This document shows positions 37,835 through 50,093 of a stretch of DNA of 64,000 bases, piece by piece. Where the stretch lies: assembly GCF_028641065.1 (NCBI RefSeq), contig NC_073391.1:5518001-5582000 (forward strand), read 5' to 3'. The notes beneath the pieces were generated by a model. That model made no database searches, was not told the origin of the DNA, and saw nothing but the letters and a program-made list of their open reading frames with translations. The DNA is from Leucoraja erinacea (taxonomy: Eukaryota). The first letter of the stretch is position 1. The number at the start of each line of letters is the position of its first letter. The position numbers and the translations under genes were made by a program.

Positions 37835-39418
37835 GTGGCTTCATGGAAGGAAGCAGAGGGTGCTGGTGGAAGGTTGATCTTTGGACTGGAGGCCTGCGAC
37901 TGGTGGTGTGCCTCAGCGATCGGTAACTTGAGTGTGTAGTTTCAATGATTTGGATGAGAATGTCCAAGAAACGATTAGTAAGTTATCAGATGATGCTAAA
38001 ATAGTTGATATCAAAGACAGTGAACTTGGTTATCAGAAATTCCAGCAGTATCTGGATCAACTAGGCAAATGGGCTAAGGAATGTCTAATGGAGTTTAGTG
38101 CAGATAAATGTGAGGTGTTGCATTTTGGGGATTCAAACCGAGGCAGGACATTCACTGCTAATGTTATGGGGAATGTTATGGGGAATGGTATGGGGAATGT
38201 TATGGCGAATGTTATGGCGAATGTTAAGGGCCCGAGGAGTGTTGTAACATGGAGGGATTAGGAGAACAGGTACATGGTTCCCTGAAGGTGATACCAAGGT
38301 GATAGATTGGGTGGTAAAGTAGGGTTTTGGCACATTGTCCTTCATCATTCAGGGTATTAATTATATAAATTGTAACGTTATGTTACAGTTGCACAAGACA
38401 ATAGACTATAGACAATAGACAATAGGTGCAGGAGTAAACCATTTGGCCCTTCGAGACAGCACCGCCATTCAATATGATCATGGCTGATCATCCCCAATCA
38501 GTACCCCGTTCCTGCCTTCTACCCATATCGCCCTGACTCCGCTATTTTTAAGAGCCCTATGTCTTGAAAGCATCCAGAGAACCTGCCTCCACTGCCCTCT
38601 GAGGCAAAGAATTCCACAGACTCACCACTCTCTGTGAGAAAAATTGTTTCCTCGTCTCCGTTCTAAATGGCTTACTCCTTATTCTTAAACTGTGGTCCCT
38701 GGTTCTGGACTCCCCCAACATCGGGAACATGTTTCTTGCCTCTAGCGTGTCCAAGCCCTTAACAAACCTATATGTTTCAATGAGATAACCTTTCATCCTT
38801 CTAAACTCCAGAGTGTACAAGCCCAGCTGCTCCATTCGCTCAGCATATGACAGTCCCGCCATCCCGGGAATTAACCTTGTAAACCTACACTGCACTCCAT
38901 CAATCGCAAGAATGTCCTTCCTCAAATTAAACATTAGACATTAGACATTGACATAGACATTAGACAATTAGCCATTGGAGAGGCCGTGTTTGGAGTATTA
39001 CATTGTTTCAGTTTTGGCCACCCTCCTATCAAAACGATGACATTAAGCTAGAAAGAGAGCAGAGAAGATTTATGGGAATGTTACCATGACTCAATAGTCT
39101 GAGTCACAGGGAATGGTTGGTCAGGATATGACGATCCCTTGGAGCACAGGGTGGTGATTTTATAAAAGGTGTATAAAATGTCGAGGGGAATAGATAGAGT
39201 GATTTTACAGAATCTTTTACGCAGCGTGGTAGTATCATGAACCAGATGACATAGGTTTAAGGTGAAAGGGAAAAAAATTAACAGGAACCCGTGGGGCAGC
39301 TTTTCCACTCAGAATGTGGTGGATGTATAGAATGAGCTGTCAGAGGGGGTAGTTGCGGCATGTACAATAGCAACTTTTAAAAACACTTGGACAGGTACAT
39401 GGATAGGAAAGGTTTAAG
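37835..39418 (+). mobile_element. CR1 LINE RT fragment with an antisense CR1 copy nested at about 38400-38930
   Basis: WLHGRKQRVLVEG, SKLSDDAK and KCEVLHFG. The nested ORF is 38557-38934. Confidence 0.78.
38160..38226 (+). repeat. 12-bp tandem repeat x5.5 (AATGTTATGG(G/C)G) inside a CR1 fragment
   Basis: Read directly from the sequence. Confidence 0.9.
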
Positions 39419-40125
39419 AATGTAATATTGAAGCTGCAATTTTAATTACTCCTTTTCATCTTCAATTTTATTCCAGTACTTGACCAAGTCCAAACCCATT
39501 GGGCACGTCCCCCAAAGCAATATTCCACCACTCACTCATAGCCCCCAACTGCACAGGCATGGTTGACGGGTTCCCGTCGTGAGGCCTGAGATCCCCGTTA
39601 TGCCGCGGGTGACTGCAACCCTCCCCCAACTGCGTAGATATGGCCGGCAAATGGGAGCCGACTGCAATGTTCCTAAAGAATAAAATGGCAATAACTTGTA
39701 AATAATAAGATCAATGTGAACGTATCTCACTCTCCAGTCTCTTCAGTCTCCTATTTCCATCCTTCATTATCCTCTCTCTCCACACCCTCCACCAACCCTC
39801 CTCTGTTTCCTCCCCTCACCCCTTCCCTTCCCTCCTCTCTCTTCCCCTTTTCCTCCTCCATTATCTTGCCATCCCTCTTCCTACCCCTCTCCTCCACCCC
39901 CCTCATCTCCCAGCACTCCCTCCCCCTCCTCTTCTTTCCCCTATCCTCAGTCACTCTCTCTACCCCCTCCATAACCACTCTCCCCTCCCTACCCTATCCT
40001 CTCTCTCTCTCCCCCCTCCTCCTCCCCCCCCTCCTCCCTCCCCCTTACCCCTCCCCCTCCCCCTCCCCACCTCACCCTCCCCCTCATCTCCCTCTACCGC
40101 CCTCTCCGCCACTCTCCCTCCTCAA

Positions 40126-40228
40126 CTCCCCAGGATTTATAAACCACCGCCGACCCTGGTTTCTCCACCACGTCGGCGATGAAGTTGTACTTGAGGCGGG
40201 GGCTGTGGGGGGGCACGAATGGCTGGGC
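40126..40228 (-). pseudogene. HTRA2: Captured fragment of an HtrA serine protease gene (HTRA2-like exon 1 3' end)
   Basis: Translates [30 protein letters not shown] (frameshift) ILG, versus human HTRA2 [28 protein letters not shown] recalled from memory. Confidence 0.8.
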
Positions 40229-40720
40229 CGAGCGGCCTGGAGCTGGAGAGGGGGAGAGGGGGAGAAGCCGAGGCAGTTGGAGCCAATCAATCGACCCCAC
40301 ACGTGGGACCCGGACCAATCGGACGTTGTGCGGGAGGTCGGAGAAAATTAATGGGGGGGGGGGGGGGGGGGGGGGGGCGGCGTCGGAGAATTCCCCATAT
40401 GTGGGACCCGGATTAATCGGGCATCGATCAGTAGGTCGGAGCCAATCAAGCGACATTTGTGGAAGGGGGCCCGCATCGGCGCTCCCCCCACGTGGGAACC
40501 GGACCAATTGGGCATCGAGTGGGAGGTCACTTTTCCCTCCCTATCCCCTCTCTACCCCCTCCTCTCCCTCTATCCCCCTGCTCCCCCCACTCCTCACCTC
40601 CCTCTATCCTCCCCCTCCTCCCCCACTCCTCACCTCCCCCCTTACCCCACTCCCCCCTCCCCACCTCACCCTCCCCCCTCATCTCCCTCTACCGCCCTCT
40701 CCCCCACTCTCCCTCCTCAA

Positions 40721-40749
40721 CTCCCCAGGATTTATATGTAAACCACCGC
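40721..40749 (-). pseudogene. Second partial copy of the HTRA2-like exon end
   Basis: GCG GTG GTT TAC ATA TAA ATC CTG GGG AG|TTGAG = AVVYI*ILG(R), followed by the same G-rich sequence as the first copy. Confidence 0.7.
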
Positions 40750-41763
40750 ATATTTTTATGATACTGACTGTAAAGGGAAATTCATTTTGTTGTCTCTAAT
40801 TGAGACAATGACAATATATTTGAATACAATACAATACAATCCCACCCACCCCCACAATGAAAATCGCAATGTTTATTTAAAAATTAAATTCTCAATGAAA
40901 ACTGTTTTTTCTTTAAAATAACCTAAACACAATTTTAGCTGTTAAAGAAAACAGAAGAATTTGATTAAAACCAATTTTTTTTATTAGAATAAAATCAATG
41001 TGAATGAAAATCACAATTTTTTTTAATGTAAATGAAATTCGGGTACCCATTGTGATGTCATTGTAGTGTCGAAGGCAGCTATGCAAGTGGAAAAGTAGTT
41101 TTGTAAAGTGTTTTTTTGTAAAGTTTAAAATGTCAATAACGTAAAATATACCATCAATCTGAATGACTTAGCTAATGCACACCGCAGGACAATGGTGAGT
41201 AAGGTGGGCCAAAAATTGTAGCGCTATCGTTTACCGTTTTTGTAGAGTTTTGGGAAATCATGTACAAGCAAACAAACAAACAAACAAACAAACAAACAAA
41301 CAAACAAACAAACAAGATGAAAGTTTTAGTAATATATAGATATCCTTTAACTTCATTTACTTGTGACCAGCTTCTGTTCACATCATTGCACAGGCTGTGA
41401 ACAAACTAATTTTAAACTGAGTAAAAGCATTTTTTTTCTTACAATGTGAGTAAAGATTGCCATTTACCTCCCATGGCCTTTGTCGTCTGATATGGTTATG
41501 TGCCGATGAGCCTGGAAATGCACGACCATGCATGTATGACCTAGGTATGGAGCAAGTCGGACACCTGAGATAATTATTCAGGGTGATTTCCAGGCTCAAT
41601 AGTTAAAAGCGATGAATGCAGTCCTTTCACAGTACATTTATCTGCCTCTGTGTGTCTTACCCAACCTCTAATTACAGTCTTTGAAATCCCACGGTAACTT
41701 TACTGTTTTCATCAAGTTTTCATCATATCTTCATCAAGCGCCGAACTAATAACCATCACCTGA

Positions 41764-42170
41764 AGAGCCTGTTCCACTTAAGCTATTTTTTGGTGACTGC
41801 CGGCGACTGTCATAGTCATAGCAGATCACCGAAAAAATGGTGACTGGACTCCCATTCGACATAAAATTTGAAATAGAATCATTACTTTAACAACACAAAT
41901 AAACAAAGTCAGCACCGGCGACAACCTACGTCACCTGGCGACAACTACGACAGCACCTACGTCAGGAGAAGTCAAGCTACGCTCATTGGCATCAAACCCA
42001 CTGTCGCTGACTGTCTCCGAAAATTTTTCAACATATTGTAAATCCAGCGGTGACCAGAAGGACGCTATGAATCTTTGGGCGACTGAGGATAAGACTCACG
42101 GCCATACAGGCAACACCCCGGCAACCATGCTGGCAGTCACCTAAGAAATCGTCTAATTTTGACAGGCCCT
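41764..42170. mobile_element. Harbinger-type MITE, subfamily 2
   Basis: AGAGCCTGTTCCACT...GACAGGCCCT with TSD TGA/TGA. Confidence 0.8.
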
Positions 42171-42694
42171 TGATTCTTCACTAACTACTGTTTTGCTAAT
42201 ACATGTATCAACAATGCTAGTGATACTCCCATCAGTCCTGATCTCTGCTCGTATCCCCTTATTGACCACCTGACCAGATTCATTTGCTGACATTGACACA
42301 AGTTGCTGGAGTAACTCAGCAGGTCAGTCAGCATCTCTGGGGAAAGGGAATAGGTCTCGACCAGAAAAGTCTCCCATTCCTTCTCTCTAGAGATGCTGTC
42401 TGTCCCGCTGCATTAATTTATTTCCTGGTTCACTAAAGCTATAAAATAACCTGCCTATCCACTGTCTCTGAACTCGGATTAGATATAAATACGAGAGTGT
42501 GAATGGATAACCTGGTTATAGATGCGTTAATTTTAGATCATTTTCTTAAAATGTGAATCATCTTCAGTTTCATTGGCAAGAGCCTTATTTTTCCTGTGAG
42601 TATTTTCCTGCTGAATTATTTAGCAATGGGGGAAATCATTCCCAGGCTGAAACAGATCCCATGGAGTGATGATCACATGCCACATTGGTTTGTC

Positions 42695-43143
42695 CTGTGG
42701 ACGTTAATATCGGGTGCTCGCGGATCCCTGGTGATAGACCGCTTTTCGGAGCTTCAGCAACGGCAAACTTCGCCCTCCCAAATCGAGGGGTTAAATCGAC
42801 CTGGAGCGGGGCCTTACATCGCCCGGCGCAGCTGAAATGGCCGCAGAACTTTCCATTGTCTGCCGGGGACACCAACATCTAAAAACGAGAGCCTCGATCG
42901 GCTCGATGCAGCAGTTTGGGTGCTTGACTGCGGGAGACGAATGGCCATAGAGGACGGGGAAGAGATAAGACTTTTGCCTTCCATCACAGTGAGGAGGTGT
43001 TTGGGGATTCACTGTGATGGACGTCTGTGTGGAATTGTGTAATTGTGTGTGTTTTTTTTTGTTTGTTTTATGACTGCAGAAAAGTAATTTCGTTTGAACT
43101 TATGTTCAAATGACAATAAACGATTCTGATTCTGATTCTGATT
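42695..43143 (+). mobile_element. GC/CpG-rich non-coding retroposon with a Rex1-like 3' tail
   Basis: AATAAA plus (GATTCT)n tail. 13-bp stem at 42980-43021 shared with the element at 45010-45719. Confidence 0.6.
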
Positions 43144-43852
43144 GTCAGTAGGTTTATGCTTTGGCTGAAATAGGAGCGATCACTGCCCCTCTACCCTCCC
43201 TCCTCTTCATCTGAAGTCTGGGTGAATATATACAGGGTTTCTTCTTTGGGGTGGGTTAGCATTCCCACATCAAGCAGCATGACTAAAAATGTAAAGAATG
43301 GCAATGATTTTATTTCAAAATTAATGAACTCCAGCTGAAGTAGTTTGAGATGTTTCACTGAAGGTGGTAACGGGCTGTATATGTGGAAAACTTTATTTTA
43401 ATCCTGTGCTCTAGTGGTGGGTGAACTTGCAGAATTAAAGGTGCTAGAGTTGTGTTACAAATTGCTGCGGAATGTCCACTTTGCTGCAGATATCTCTAGA
43501 CGCATCTGTCTCATGATGGCTTCGACTCTGTCTCTGCACTTTCAATTTTATAATCTTTTGATAGTGCTTTGGAAGCAAGTAAACAAGGTCATTAATCTAC
43601 ACTATAGATGAGTTGTCTCCAACCACAATAAATTCTGCCTGGAAAAAGCAATAAGCTGTGGAAAGTGAAGTTTGTTGCTTTATATGCAGTATTAACCTCT
43701 TCGATGCTGAGTTTCATGCTTGCAATATAAATATAATTTTTTTATCATCTTTAAAAATATTGCTTTGTGAAATGTTTTCAGATTTCCAATGCAATGCATG
43801 GGTTGGGAGGAATATTACCATATTCTCACCACAGCTTAAATGTGAAACCAGG

Positions 43853-44832
43853 AGAGTCGAGAGTGTTTTATTGTCAAATGTCCCCGACAGAACAATGACG
43901 TTCTTACTTGCAGCAGCACAACAGAATATGTAAGCATAGTCCACTGTAAACAATGTAATAAATGAGAAAAACAGGTTCAGTGTGTACACACACACATAAA
44001 TATATGCACATACACACACATATACACATAAAAACAAACAAACAAACAATAATCGTGCAAAAAAAAGACAAAACCAATGCCCCCAAGTCTATGTAATTCA
44101 GAGCTTATTTTGAGGTTGCAGTGTTCAATAGCCTGATGATGGCTGCAGGGAAGAAACTGTTCCTGAACATGGAGTTTTCAGGCTCCTATATCTTCTTCCT
44201 GATGGCAGGGGTGAAATGAGTGTACGGTCAGGGTGGTGTGGGCCTTTGATGATACTGGCTGCCTTTGTGAGTCAGCTACTCCTGTAAATCCCTTCGATGG
44301 TGGGGAAGTCAGAACCAGTGATGGACTGGGCAGTGTTCACAACTTTTCACAGTCATTTTCACTATTGGGCATTCAAGTTGCCGTACCAGGCCGTGATGCA
44401 GCCAGTCAAAATGCTTTCCACTGTTCACCTGTAGAAGTTCAAAACATACCGAATCTCCGTAACCTTCTCAGGAAGTAGAGGCGTTCATGGGTGTTCTTTA
44501 TTACTACATCAGTGTGCTGGGTCCAGTAAAGAGCTTCAGAAGTAGGCGTGCCCAGGAATTTGAAGCCTTTGATTCTCTCCACCATCGTCCCGTCAATATA
44601 GACTGGTTTATGGTTCCTCATCCTTCCTCTTCCAGAGTCCACAATCAGTTCCTTGGTTTTACTGACATTGAGAGCCAGGTTGTTGTGCTGGCACCATTTG
44701 GTCAGTTGATCAATCTAACTTCTATACTCTAATTCATCACCATCTGTGATTTGTCCAACAACCGTGGTGTCGTCGGCGAACTTGGACAAAGTTCGCACTG
44801 TGTCCGGCTGCACAGTCATGAGTATAAAGTGA
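43853..44832 (-). mobile_element. Rex1-type LINE fragment
   Basis: KFADDTT remnant at 44762-44783. FKFLG...RLYFLRRLRRFG in ORF 44439-44642. Confidence 0.8.
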
Positions 44833-45009
44833 GTAGACCTATTTGTCTATTGTGTAATATGGCACTAATGCAGAAATTAGATCCTGGGGCATTCACATGG
44901 CAGCGGTATTTAAAAAAAGCGCAGATTTTGAAGCAAAGGAACTCACGTTTGTTCACATCAATTCCTCCATTAGCACCTCTTTTACTGATGATCTGCTGAT
45001 TATCTGCTT

Positions 45010-45719
45010 TTTTGTTGTTATTTTTAGTGTGTTTTAAAAGTTTGTGTTAATGTACTCTGGTTTGTTTTATGTGGGGGGTGGGGGGGAGGGGGTCGGGAGA
45101 AACTTGTTTTCAATCTCTTACTTTGCCAGAGATGCGATTGTTTTCCGGATCGTATCTCCGGTCGCTCTGCAGCCTAACATCATGGAGCTTGAGGCCTTGC
45201 TCGGGACTGACTTTGAGCCCCAACGGGGGGACGTGGACTTACCATCAGAGCCGATGCCTTGCCTGGGTTCAACACTTTAACCACGGCCTGCGGACTTTAA
45301 TATCAAAGAGCTCGCAGTCTTGGGTTGAGACCGGAGTCGGGAAGCTCCAAAAGCCGCACGACGTTTGATTAGCCCCGACCCAGGGTAGATGGCCCGGCAC
45401 TGGGGAGCTGAGATTACCCCCCTATGCAGGAGCTTGATCACCCCAACGAGGAGGCACGCTGCCGGGTACGGGAGTAAGATCATCCCGTTAACAGAAGGTG
45501 GGAGGCCCCCGACTGCTGGAGGACAAAAAAGGGAGAGATTTGATTTTTTATCGCCTTCCAGCACAGTGAGGAATGTGGACGAGTTACTGTGGTGGATGTT
45601 TATGTTAAAATGTAGTCTGTGTGTTCTGTTTCTTTTTATTGGTATGACAGTATGGTAAATCAAATTCCTTATATGTTGCAAAAGATACTTGGCTAATAAA
45701 GTATGATTATGAATATGAT
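45010..45719 (+). mobile_element. GC/CpG-rich non-coding retroposon with a Rex1-like 3' tail
   Basis: Ends ...ATACTTGGCTAATAAAG(TATGAT)n. Shares the GCCTTCCA.CACAGTGAGG hairpin. Confidence 0.6.
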
Positions 45720-46199
45720 CACTTTCATTAGTATGGGTGTCAGAGATTAAGAGGAGACGACAGGAGAATGAGGTTAGGAGGGAGAGATAGATCAGAAAGG
45801 CAGAGTAGACTTGATGGGCCAAATGACCTAATTCTACTCCTATCATTTATGACCTTATTATTGCTTTTTTTGGGAGATAGCTGCTCCGTTGCCAACCACA
45901 TTTGAAAAGTATTTCAATGGTTGTTATAGGGTCATGAAAGGCATTCGACAAATGAAAGTCTTCTTTGTAATATTTGATGATGACATTTTTCATAGGATGT
46001 GGATGAAAAAGTTTATTGACCAAATATGTACACATACAAGGAATTTGCCTTGGTGCTCCGTTCGCAAGGCTAAGAAGGCGGTTAGGGTGCAGACGGATTG
46101 ATATGTGGCTGGAGCCACATGCAGACCAGAACAGAGCAGACCAGATAAGGACAGCATATTTTCATCTCTGAAGAACATTAGTAAACAAGGTGAGGTCAA

Positions 46200-46695
46200 G
46201 TCATAGTGTAATACAGTGTGGAAATCGGCCCTTCAGCTCAACTTACCCACACCGGCCAACATGTCCCAGCTACACTAGTCCCACCTGCCTGTGTTTGGTC
46301 CATATCCTTCCGAATTTGTCCTATCCATGTACCTGTCTAACTGTTTCTTAAACATTGAGGTAGTCCCAGCCTCAACTACCTCCACTGGCAGCTTGTTCCA
46401 TACACCCACCGCCCTTTGTGTGAAAGAGTTATCCCTCAAATTCCTATTAAATTTTTTCCCCTTCACCTTAAACCTATGTCCTCTGGTCCACGATTCACCT
46501 ACTCTGGGCACGAGACTCTGTGCATCTAAACGATCTATTCCTCGCATGATTTTATACACCTCAATACGATCAACCCTCATTCTCCTGCCATCCAGGGAAT
46601 AGTCCCAGCCTACTCAACCTCTCCCTATAACTCAGACCCTCTAGTCCTGGCAACATCCTTGTAAATATTCTCTGTACACTTTCCAGCTTGACAAC
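46200..46695 (-). mobile_element. CR1/HER1 LINE 3' end
   Basis: ORF 46275-46580 IEVYKIMRG...TRGHRFK...WNKLP. Confidence 0.82.
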
Positions 46696-47137
46696 ATTAT
46701 GAAACGCTCTACCTCTGCTTCACATATTGACATTGCAGGGTTTGCTTTTAGGTGACAATATATTTTATTTACTTTGTTAATCTCTCTCCTTCTAAATCTT
46801 TCTGCTGTTATTTACAATATCATCAAACATAACTACAATAGTAATTGTGGAGAGGATTGGCAAAGTCTTTGCTTTCTCCATCTCACCAGTCAGTCCTCAG
46901 CCAAGCTAATTCACTGTCTGTGATTTAAAGAAATGGCAAAGAGCACAAGATGCATAAAATGATAGTGGGCCAGACAATATCTCAACTGCTGTGCTGTAGA
47001 ACTAGTTTATAGATTCAGATTCAATTTAATTGTCATTGTCAGTGTACAGTACAGAGACAATGAAATGCATGTTATTCCAAGCCAAGTTATTCTACTATAG
47101 GAACCGCAAGGGATGACGCAATTACCCCAGCACATGT

Positions 47138-47462
47138 GGGCGGCACGGTGGTGCAGCGGTAGAGTTGTTGCTTTACAGCACAAGAGACCCGGGTTCGATC
47201 CTGACTACGGGTGCTGTCTATTCGGAGTTTTTACTTTCTCTCCGTGACCTGCGTGGGTTTTCTCCGAGATCCTCGGTTTCCTCCCACACTCCAAAGACGT
47301 ACAGGCTTGTAAGTTAATTGGCTTGATATAAATGTAAAATTGTCCCTAGTGTGTAGGGTAGCGTTGATGTATGGGGATCTCTGGTCGGTGTGGACTCGGT
47401 GGACTGAAGGGCCTGTTTCCCCTCTGTGTCTCTAAGCTAAACTAAACTAAACTAAACTAAAC
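47138..47462 (+). mobile_element. HE1-like V-SINE
   Basis: Family match. Confidence 0.85.
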
Positions 47463-49034
47463 ACAAGTTATACATTGAGGAAAAAGAGATCTCAGGCCAA
47501 GATTATCATTTTGATGATAAAGAAATTCTGGTCCAAGGCAGAAAATAGGATGTAGATATTTTATAAAATCAAATAATTTTATTTCAGGAAGATACATTGC
47601 TCCTGGAATTTAAAATAGGTCCAATATAACTTTTGCAAAATCTTCTGGAGTTCAAACACCAACCAGGATAAAAATCATGACACGTCTATCTTTATAACAG
47701 TTCTTCCTACATGTACTGGATTGGTTTTCCAAATGACAGGAGAGCCTGATGATTAACACCAACAATGGAAGGTTCCCAACACGAAATGTCGCCTTTCCAT
47801 GTTCTCCAGGGATGTTGCCTGACCCGCTGAGTTATCCCAGCACTCTGTGTCCTTTTTAATAGGATGCGTGTGACCCGCAAGCCCTTTGCATATCACTGCC
47901 CAAAAATATTCCACCAACACTCCTCTCCTGCTCTGGGATTATAGGTTGGCATGTATCATTTTTGGCATCAAACATATCGCATCTATGTTAAGTAGCTAAA
48001 AACAACAAGAAATGATATTTAACAAAAATACATTGAACAAAAAGGTGGGGTGCTATTCAAAGTTGAGTATGACTTCAGGCCTGAAAATGCCAAAGCGGAA
48101 TATGATATGCTGGTATAAATAGCAGAAGAAAGATATTGATGGAATTGCCAACTCATTCTTTGGGCACTGATATATATTGGCTAAGACGTCATAAGCATTT
48201 GTCATAAGCATTTTTCTACTTTAAATCTCTATGCCCTCATTTTTGCATTCGGCTTAACAGCAGGCAATGACAAGCAATAACTGTTAGAAAGTCGCTTTAA
48301 TTTTATCTTGATAGTTACTGGAACTCCAGGAAGCCTGAGAGAAATTGCATTAGACTTATTTCATATTCGACATCTCTGAGAATGATTTTATCTTATTTTA
48401 TATCTTTCTTTAATTTGTGTTACATTTGGTGTCTTGGTCTGGATGCGTTCCACCTGCATTGGCAATACAACAAATAAGACTTTGAGTTTACGCTTCCTAC
48501 AGTAATTCCTCTGACTTTTATATCTATTTTATCTCTGAGTTTTATGCGAAGTTGACAAACTGTTCTTTGAATGATTCTTTAAATAATTAAGTGCTGGAAT
48601 GTCTTTGTTTTATATCAATGTCACTGGCTGATTGTCTTTCAGAAATGGAAATGGTTGTTTCGAGCATTTTTATGTGTGAGCTTGCAGATTGATGCTGTTT
48701 TGTTTAGGAGGATTTTATCCATTAAAAGGGAATAAATGCTTTCAGAAATATTTTTATGTACTAAACTGAACTTGGAGAGAATTGTTAACAAGCACAAGGA
48801 GTGCACATGTTATCACTCACTAAGCAACATTATATGTTTTGGAGGTTCAGTTCGGTGCAGAAGCATTTACAACCTTGTGTAAACCTACATAATCACCTTT
48901 GTGAGCAGTTAAACTCAGCGCTCAAAGTAACACACTGGCCTTTATACATTACAGGCAAGTGTACTTAGCCAGATTTGCTGAAATAGTTTGGATCTGAAAT
49001 TCAAACTTTGAAATGAAGAAATAAATGAGACTAA

Positions 49035-49351
49035 AGGGGCTGTCCCACTATACGAGCTAATTCAAGAGCTCTCCCGAGTTAAAAAAAATTCAAACTCGTG
49101 TTAAGCACGTGGAATGTACGTAGTGGGTACGTTGGAGCTTGGGGACGTCTCTTAGCGGCTTGTAACGCTAAAGGCAGGTACTCGGGAAACGCGGTAAGCT
49201 CATGAAGACTCGTGAAGGTTTTTCAACATGTTGAAAAATGTCCACGAGAGCCCCGAATACCTACGAGTGGCTATTACCGTAATTCTCCGAGTTCGAATCA
49301 GGGGAAACACGGGAGAACTATTGAATTAGCTCGTACAGTGGGACAGCCCAA
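49035..49351. mobile_element. Harbinger-type MITE, subfamily 3
   Basis: TIR AGGGGCTGTCCCACT/AGTGGGACAGCCCAA. Flanks TAA/TTA. Confidence 0.82.
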
Positions 49352-49480
49352 TTACAATGTTTTTTGTGTTGGAAATTTTATGTATAAATTGGAGATTATG
49401 TACATTAAAATATCAACAGCTGAGACAGAAAATGAAGTGCTATCTGTATTAACTCTGTTTGCAGTTGTCAAAAGAGCTAA

Positions 49481-49777
49481 AGGGCCTGTCCCACTGTACG
49501 AGGTAATTCAAGAGTTCTCACGAGTTTCCCCTGATTCAAACTCGGAGATTTACAGTAATAGCCGTTCGTAGGTACTCGGGGCTCTCGTGGACACTCTCCG
49601 CACTGTTGAAAAAACCTCACGAACTTACCGCATTTCACGAGTACTTGCCGTTAGCGTTACGAGCCTCTATGTGACATCCACAAGCTCCTACAGACCCGCT
49701 ACGTACATTAAACAAGCTCGAATCAGGGGAGAACTCGGGAGAACTCTTGAATTACCTCGTACAGTGGGACAGACCCC
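49481..49777. mobile_element. Harbinger-type MITE, subfamily 3, inverted relative to 49035-49351
   Basis: Long TIRs AGGGCCTGTCCCACTGTACGAGGTAATTCAAGAGTTCTC. TSD TAA/TAA. Confidence 0.85.
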
Positions 49778-50093
49778 TAAGTAGCCACAAGGCTTTTGGT
49801 AGCACATGCCATCATATGTATGGAGCATTGTATGGGGCATATGAATTAGGAGCAGGTGCAGGGCTCTGTCTCTCAAACCTGCTCACTTGTTTAATAATTT
49901 CATAGCAGATATTTGTAATTTTTCATTACCTTCCACCGAAAATCACACTTCACTCCCTGACTTATCAATATTCAAAGATATGCTTCCACTGTCCTCTGAG
50001 AGACAGCGTTTTGTCTATCAAGTGGGTGATCATTATTTTTAGCAATGATCCCTGGTCATAGTCTCACCAACTCTATCGACATCCACTTTGTTA

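Larger units (their letters stand above)
39479..41340 (-). mobile_element. Non-autonomous Helitron (about 1.86 kb) carrying a captured host gene fragment
   Basis: Minus strand starts A|TCTATATATTACTAAAA followed by a (TTTG)n microsatellite. It ends ...CCCAATGGG(hairpin)TTTGGACTTGGTCAAG|T, a degenerate CTAG. Insertion is between A and T with no TSD. Confidence 0.7.

Noticed and set aside
39716-40799. 200-aa Pro/Ser/Leu-rich ORFs on the + strand
   Set aside because: Low-complexity C-rich DNA with few stop codons. The only meaningful coding signal is the minus-strand HtrA fragment.
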